A stretch of DNA of 27,778 nt, from IMG/VR virus record IMGVR_UViG_3300031519_000170, positions 1 through 27,778 of that record. One strand, written 5' to 3'. The DNA is from a virus (Duplodnaviria; Caudoviricetes). This document shows positions 23,708 through 27,778 of the stretch, one piece after another. The first letter of the stretch is position 1, and every line of letters begins with the position of its first letter. Position numbers and translations under genes: made by a program. The notes below the pieces were generated by a model, which was not told the DNA's origin, searched no databases, and worked only from the letters and a program-made list of their open reading frames with translations.

Positions 23708-25867
23708 TTAAAATCCAAAGAATTTTCCTACACTTCTAGCCACCCTTGCAATTTTTACTCCGGTACTAATTGTATTACTTACCGCTGTTGCTGTCTGCAC
23801 AACAGACGTAACTTTGCCACCAACTATATTTTTATATGTTTCAGTGACTTTAGTCACATTGTTTGCTATATTGTTTATTTTTTGCAAACCAGCAACATTT
23901 GTTGCGACTGCTTGTTGTAGACCTTGGCCAGACAACAATGTGCCAACATTGTTTGCTCTAGTAATTGTTTGGTTCAGCTTGCCTGTGACTTTGTCTAAAC
24001 CCGACGTCTGTATAATTTGATTTGTTCCTGATGTATAAAGTACTCCAGACTCATTTATTAAAACATTTGTGACGGCGTCTTGAATGTTGGTGCCAATATT
24101 TGACACTATGTTATTGTATGTTTCATATGCGCCTGAACTTAAAGCACTATATCCGGTTACTCCGTCAGTGAAAAAACTTGTAGACACACCATATTTGCCA
24201 GCATACCCTGCATTGAAAAGACTGGTCACACTGCTTATTGCATCTGAAGTTTTTGTTGCTAATTCTTTTTCTAAATCTGCTTGATACTGTGCCCACTTGA
24301 CACTCATTAAATCTGCATTTCTATTTTGACTTTCAATCCAGCCGGCTGTGCCTATGTTGACATCTGTGCCACCTACTGAGCCAAATGTTGGTACAACATC
24401 TTGGTGTCCCCAAAAAGGTTCATGAGTAGGTATTCTCATTCCGCTCATACCTGGCAACGATCTGTCAACTTCATAAAGTTGACCTTTTGGTTTTAGTGTT
24501 ACGTCCGGATAATTTGTTGATGCGGTACCTGTACCTGAAGGCTGTAAAAAATTTGTTCTAAACATAGACGGCACATAATTTCCTACTCCGGCGCTGTTAA
24601 AATGCACTTGTCCTCCTACTAAATGAACTTGACCTTTACCTTGTTGAATATTTTGCGTGCCAGCATCTGCGACTATTTTCCCAAACGCTTTTTTATAAAT
24701 GTTTTGTGCTTGAAATCTCATATCAAGGGTTGATATTGCTTTGACTGTTGCACCATCAATACTTACACCGCCTAAAGGAACTTGCTTGCCATTTTTTGTC
24801 TCAAAATTCTCGTTGGCTTTAATTTTTATATTTTTGTTTGCGTACATATTAATATTGCCTTCTGCGTGGAAATTAATATCTGCGCCGGATCTTAAATTGT
24901 ATCCTGTTTGAGCATACACATCAACCATACCATTGTTTGAAAATTCCATCCACACAGTGCCTTCTGAATTGGCCAGATAAACAACACCTGCACTGTCATT
25001 CATGACCAGTTGATGCCCTGAACTGGTTCTCAATCTCACTAGTTGATTGTCACCTTTGCTGTCACCGTCATCCATTACAAAAGTGTGTCCACCTTTTCTT
25101 ACTGTTCTTCTACTTTGATTGCTGTCTGTAGGTCCAATGTTATCAAATTTAGTAGACCTGTTGTCTATAGGCCCTGGTGTACTAATTCCAAAGACATTAC
25201 TTGGAGATTCTCTTCGAGCTGATGAACTAGTGTTTCCTCTTACATTGTCTTGACTAAGTCCTTGACCTTTTAAAACGTCTGCAAATGGGTGTATAGGTTT
25301 TTTTAATTTGTCAAAACCTGCTACTTTTATTTCATCAAAAACTCCTCTATTTGCCTCGCCAACAGGGACATATTTTTGTCCGTAATCTTGTTGTATTTGT
25401 ACTGACTCACCAAGTTCGTTAGCGCCTACTCTTTCATAGACATTTTCAGAACTAGCCAATCCAGGAACCATGTTGTTGGCAAACGGTTCTTGTATGCACC
25501 CAATCCAATATCCCTGTGTGATTTTTCCTTCTGCAAATATAACCAAAACTTTGGTGTCAATGTCGGGTGGAGTCATCCACATTCCATATGCATGTTGAGA
25601 GTTGGCGAAGTTTGTAACATCTGACGGATTTACTGTACTGGCACTTTTTGCTCCATAGAATGGAGAAAGATACTCACATGATATCAATTGTTCTGTTGTC
25701 ACGTTGTCTGCACCATGTATGGCAGGAATAACAACACCAATTCTGCCCATTCTGGTTGTGTCTTCGTTAACTTTTACAATTGCCACATAAGGACCCGAAT
25801 CCATAGTCGTGTATGACGTGTCATTGGTTACTTTTGTTGTTGAACTATATCCTTGACTGAGTGCCAT
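23708..25867 (-). CDS. gp5: Baseplate central spike, gp5 / VgrG-like (OB fold + beta-helix), with ~230-aa non-lysozyme C-terminal extension
   Basis: OB-fold motif V...D...MGRI.V.IP...YGMWM.PPD..TKVLVIFAEG....GYWIG; GHTFVMDD, LRTSSGHQLVMND and short-period beta-helix repeats; THEPFWGH motif; upstream of gp25. Confidence 0.82.
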   Translation of the reverse strand: MALSQGYSSTTKVTNDTSYTTMDSGPYVAIVKVNEDTTRMGRIGVVIPAIHGADNVTTEQLISCEYLSPFYGAKSASTVNPSDVTNFANSQHAYGMWMTPPDIDTKVLVIFAEGKITQGYWIGCIQEPFANNMVPGLASSENVYERVGANELGESVQIQQDYGQKYVPVGEANRGVFDEIKVAGFDKLKKPIHPFADVLKGQGLSQDNVRGNTSSSARRESPSNVFGISTPGPIDNRSTKFDNIGPTDSNQSRRTVRKGGHTFVMDDGDSKGDNQLVRLRTSSGHQLVMNDSAGVVYLANSEGTVWMEFSNNGMVDVYAQTGYNLRSGADINFHAEGNINMYANKNIKIKANENFETKNGKQVPLGGVSIDGATVKAISTLDMRFQAQNIYKKAFGKIVADAGTQNIQQGKGQVHLVGGQVHFNSAGVGNYVPSMFRTNFLQPSGTGTASTNYPDVTLKPKGQLYEVDRSLPGMSGMRIPTHEPFWGHQDVVPTFGSVGGTDVNIGTAGWIESQNRNADLMSVKWAQYQADLEKELATKTSDAISSVTSLFNAGYAGKYGVSTSFFTDGVTGYSALSSGAYETYNNIVSNIGTNIQDAVTNVLINESGVLYTSGTNQIIQTSGLDKVTGKLNQTITRANNVGTLLSGQGLQQAVATNVAGLQKINNIANNVTKVTETYKNIVGGKVTSVVQTATAVSNTISTGVKIARVARSVGKFFGF

Positions 25868-27778
25868 TATGCCTGCTCTCCTCCTGTGTTAATTGGTTCA
25901 CCATCACCTGCCAAATTAGCATTGTTTAGGTTAGCGTTTCTCACATAACCAGGTGTGACTCTTCTTTGATTGTTGCATCTAGCCATGGTTAAATTTTGTG
26001 TAAATTGTCCGTTTTCAAATCTGTTTTCAACTCTTATTATTCTATATAATCCTGTGAACTGTGGTGTGGCTTCAGTATTGAATTTGTACAATCCTGTGTT
26101 TTCGTCAAAGTCACTGGGAAATTTGAAATTAAGTTGTACAACAACTTCGCCGTTATCAAAATTAAATGCTCCAGTTTGTGCATCAAAAATGTTTGGTCCT
26201 ATTTTTGCCCTAACTGTCTCACTGCCAATTTTCATAGGTATGGCATAGTCCTGGCCTAAGAATGCTGGATCTCCCATTATTTTCATTTCAACGTTGACCA
26301 TGTCTCCTTTTGGATTAACCAAATAATCATATTGCACATCTGCCACTGCTTGAATTGATCCTGTTGTTTCGTCACTTGGTTGTATGTTAGGATTTTCACT
26401 ATTCAAAGTTGAAATATACTGACTCAACGGCAACAGCGGATCTGCTTCAAATGTTCCTGTACCTGATATTGAACGAACCTTCTCCGTAAAAAATCTTTTA
26501 ACCTTGTTTATAAATGTTGGATCTGTTTTTCTTAAAATTGCTTGGAAATATCCTGCATTATATTCAACATTTAAATCTAAAATGTCTAAATTTTTTCCTG
26601 TATATGTGTAGTCAAACACTCTTCGTACAGCATTGGTATAATCAAAATTGAAACCGTAGCCTGCTTTAACAAAATTAAGTATGTGTATCTTAAATTCTTT
26701 GATGTGATATTTTATTGTTCTTCTGTGTGTTTTTAGAACACGATCAAATTCGGGTTCTTCTTTTACAGTGGTTATTATTTTAAACCAATCAATATATTGA
26801 TCTATCTCACTTATTTTGGATCCATCACCAAACTTTTTTGCATTGTTTACTAAGATTTTTTCAATGTTATTGTATTTGCTATATTGTCTTACTAGATCCT
26901 CTAGCACTTTAACAATAGAATGATTTTTTGAATAGGTGACTTTTGAAAAACGATTGACACTAAGTCCTAAAAATCCTGTGACCGGATATTGATTGTCGCT
27001 GTCTCCGTCTATTCTGCCTATGCTTGGGTCTGCAGTAATTTCATAACTGTCAGCAAATTCACGCAAGCCTTTTTTTTGTTCGTTATCCTCAATGTCTTTG
27101 TTTAGTTGATCTGCTAATTTTTTTAAAATAGTTATTAATTTTTTTCCTTCTCCAACTACACTACTGCCTGATCTGGTATAAAGAAATGCATTGACCATGC
27201 CAAATTCTGTCCATGGATACGCTTCTACTGAATAAGTGGTGCCACCTGCACTCATACGCAGACTGGATTTACTAAGTCTTACAGGATAAACTCTTTTAGG
27301 CACTGCATCTTGTATTTCATTACCGGCTGTATCAAAGCCTTTAAATTCTATTGATATCAAAAAAGGTGCTGTTGTATGATTACGGTAACCGTTGTTAAAT
27401 GCGGCCGCTTTGCACTTTTCCCAAAATGTTATTCCGTTGGGTTCTTCAAGCGACATTTCAATCTTTGTGTAGTTCATTAGTTTTCTAAATTCGTTTGGTC
27501 TCGGAAAACTGTCTATGGTAACAGAATTAAAATATATGTCTCTTGCTTGTTTTAAAATTTGTTGACTGGCTACGATTGCTTCTTCTTTTCTCTGCGGTTT
27601 AATAGTGTTGCCTAGAATATCTGCTCCACGTGTAGCTTCAACTATTCTTGTAGTAACATTGGCATCAATAATGCCTCCAGTTCTGGCAATGATGTCATGT
27701 GGTGCCCTTGTTGGAATGTTTTCTGGATCTTCCATGTCATTTCTTCCCAAAGCACTAAGAGTCAAAACATAATTGTAA
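25867..27778 (-). CDS. Probable baseplate hub protein (gp27 / GpD-like fold); 5' end outside window
   Basis: The frame stays open upstream of the track's TTG at 27765 (...Y-N-Y-V-L-T-L-S-A-L). C-terminal MKIMGDP and GLYRIIRVENRFENGQFTQNLTMAR resemble hub-family termini. TAATG stop/start overlap with the spike gene. Confidence 0.62.
   Translation of the reverse strand, partial: YNYVLTLSALGRNDMEDPENIPTRAPHDIIARTGGIIDANVTTRIVEATRGADILGNTIKPQRKEEAIVASQQILKQARDIYFNSVTIDSFPRPNEFRKLMNYTKIEMSLEEPNGITFWEKCKAAAFNNGYRNHTTAPFLISIEFKGFDTAGNEIQDAVPKRVYPVRLSKSSLRMSAGGTTYSVEAYPWTEFGMVNAFLYTRSGSSVVGEGKKLITILKKLADQLNKDIEDNEQKKGLREFADSYEITADPSIGRIDGDSDNQYPVTGFLGLSVNRFSKVTYSKNHSIVKVLEDLVRQYSKYNNIEKILVNNAKKFGDGSKISEIDQYIDWFKIITTVKEEPEFDRVLKTHRRTIKYHIKEFKIHILNFVKAGYGFNFDYTNAVRRVFDYTYTGKNLDILDLNVEYNAGYFQAILRKTDPTFINKVKRFFTEKVRSISGTGTFEADPLLPLSQYISTLNSENPNIQPSDETTGSIQAVADVQYDYLVNPKGDMVNVEMKIMGDPAFLGQDYAIPMKIGSETVRAKIGPNIFDAQTGAFNFDNGEVVVQLNFKFPSDFDENTGLYKFNTEATPQFTGLYRIIRVENRFENGQFTQNLTMARCNNQRRVTPGYVRNANLNNANLAGDGEPINTGGEQA

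Larger units (their letters stand above)
1..27778 (-). mobile_element. Segment of a large myovirus (jumbo T4-related) genome: baseplate and tail-fibre operon
   Basis: Eleven co-oriented, tightly packed genes (gaps of at most 42 nt). Recognisable gp25, gp6 and gp5 family motifs, three fibre paralogues and T4-late-type promoter boxes. No host housekeeping genes. Confidence 0.9.

Noticed and set aside
90-26248. All plus-strand ORFs in the track (e.g. 3585..4286, 21124..21681, Pro-rich 2667..3017, His-rich 2422..2790)
   Set aside because: They are antisense shadows of long minus-strand genes. The Pro and His runs simply mirror Gly codons, and there is no RBS or family motif.
1-27778. Stop-codon reassignment (alternative genetic code) as seen in some large phages
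   Set aside because: Standard code gives near-complete coding density including a 12.9-kb ORF. TAA and TAG both end genes directly before the next start. TGA is not used as a stop in the called genes, so its meaning is untested here.
1-27778. Bacterial eCIS / tailocin / T6SS locus rather than phage
   Set aside because: T4-late-type boxes, jumbo-phage-style gp6 and giant wedge protein, and multiple phage fibres favour a phage. No Afp/Tss accessory genes are seen. Capsid genes are outside the window, so this is not formally excluded.

Overview
The window is one uninterrupted, AT-rich, minus-strand operon encoding the baseplate and fibre module of a large contractile-tailed phage, most like the jumbo T4-related myoviruses of the GAP32/RaK2/Atu_ph07 type (recognised from motif memory, not a search). 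In transcription order (right to left) it holds: a hub-like protein (5' truncated), a gp5/VgrG-like central spike with no recognisable lysozyme, gp25, an enlarged gp6-like wedge protein, a 4297-aa multidomain baseplate protein, a conserved ~230-aa structural protein, two paralogous fibres, a glycine-rich adhesin-like protein, a 58-aa ORF missed by the ORF track, and a third fibre paralogue that runs off the left edge, also missed. T4-late-type (T/A)ATAAATA boxes precede three genes, and two of them overlap the upstream stop codon. The most interesting signals are: (i) a fibre / polyglycine adhesin / 58-aa partner cassette with a three-Trp repeat and an uncharacterised Gly9-RVICT C-terminal domain; (ii) 15 copies of a DGST tetrapeptide in the giant protein; (iii) a type-1-copper-like site in that protein; (iv) a spike ending in an amphipathic, possibly membrane-active extension; (v) mosaic fibre paralogues. 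I saw no RNA genes, CRISPR arrays, IS elements, introns or inteins.
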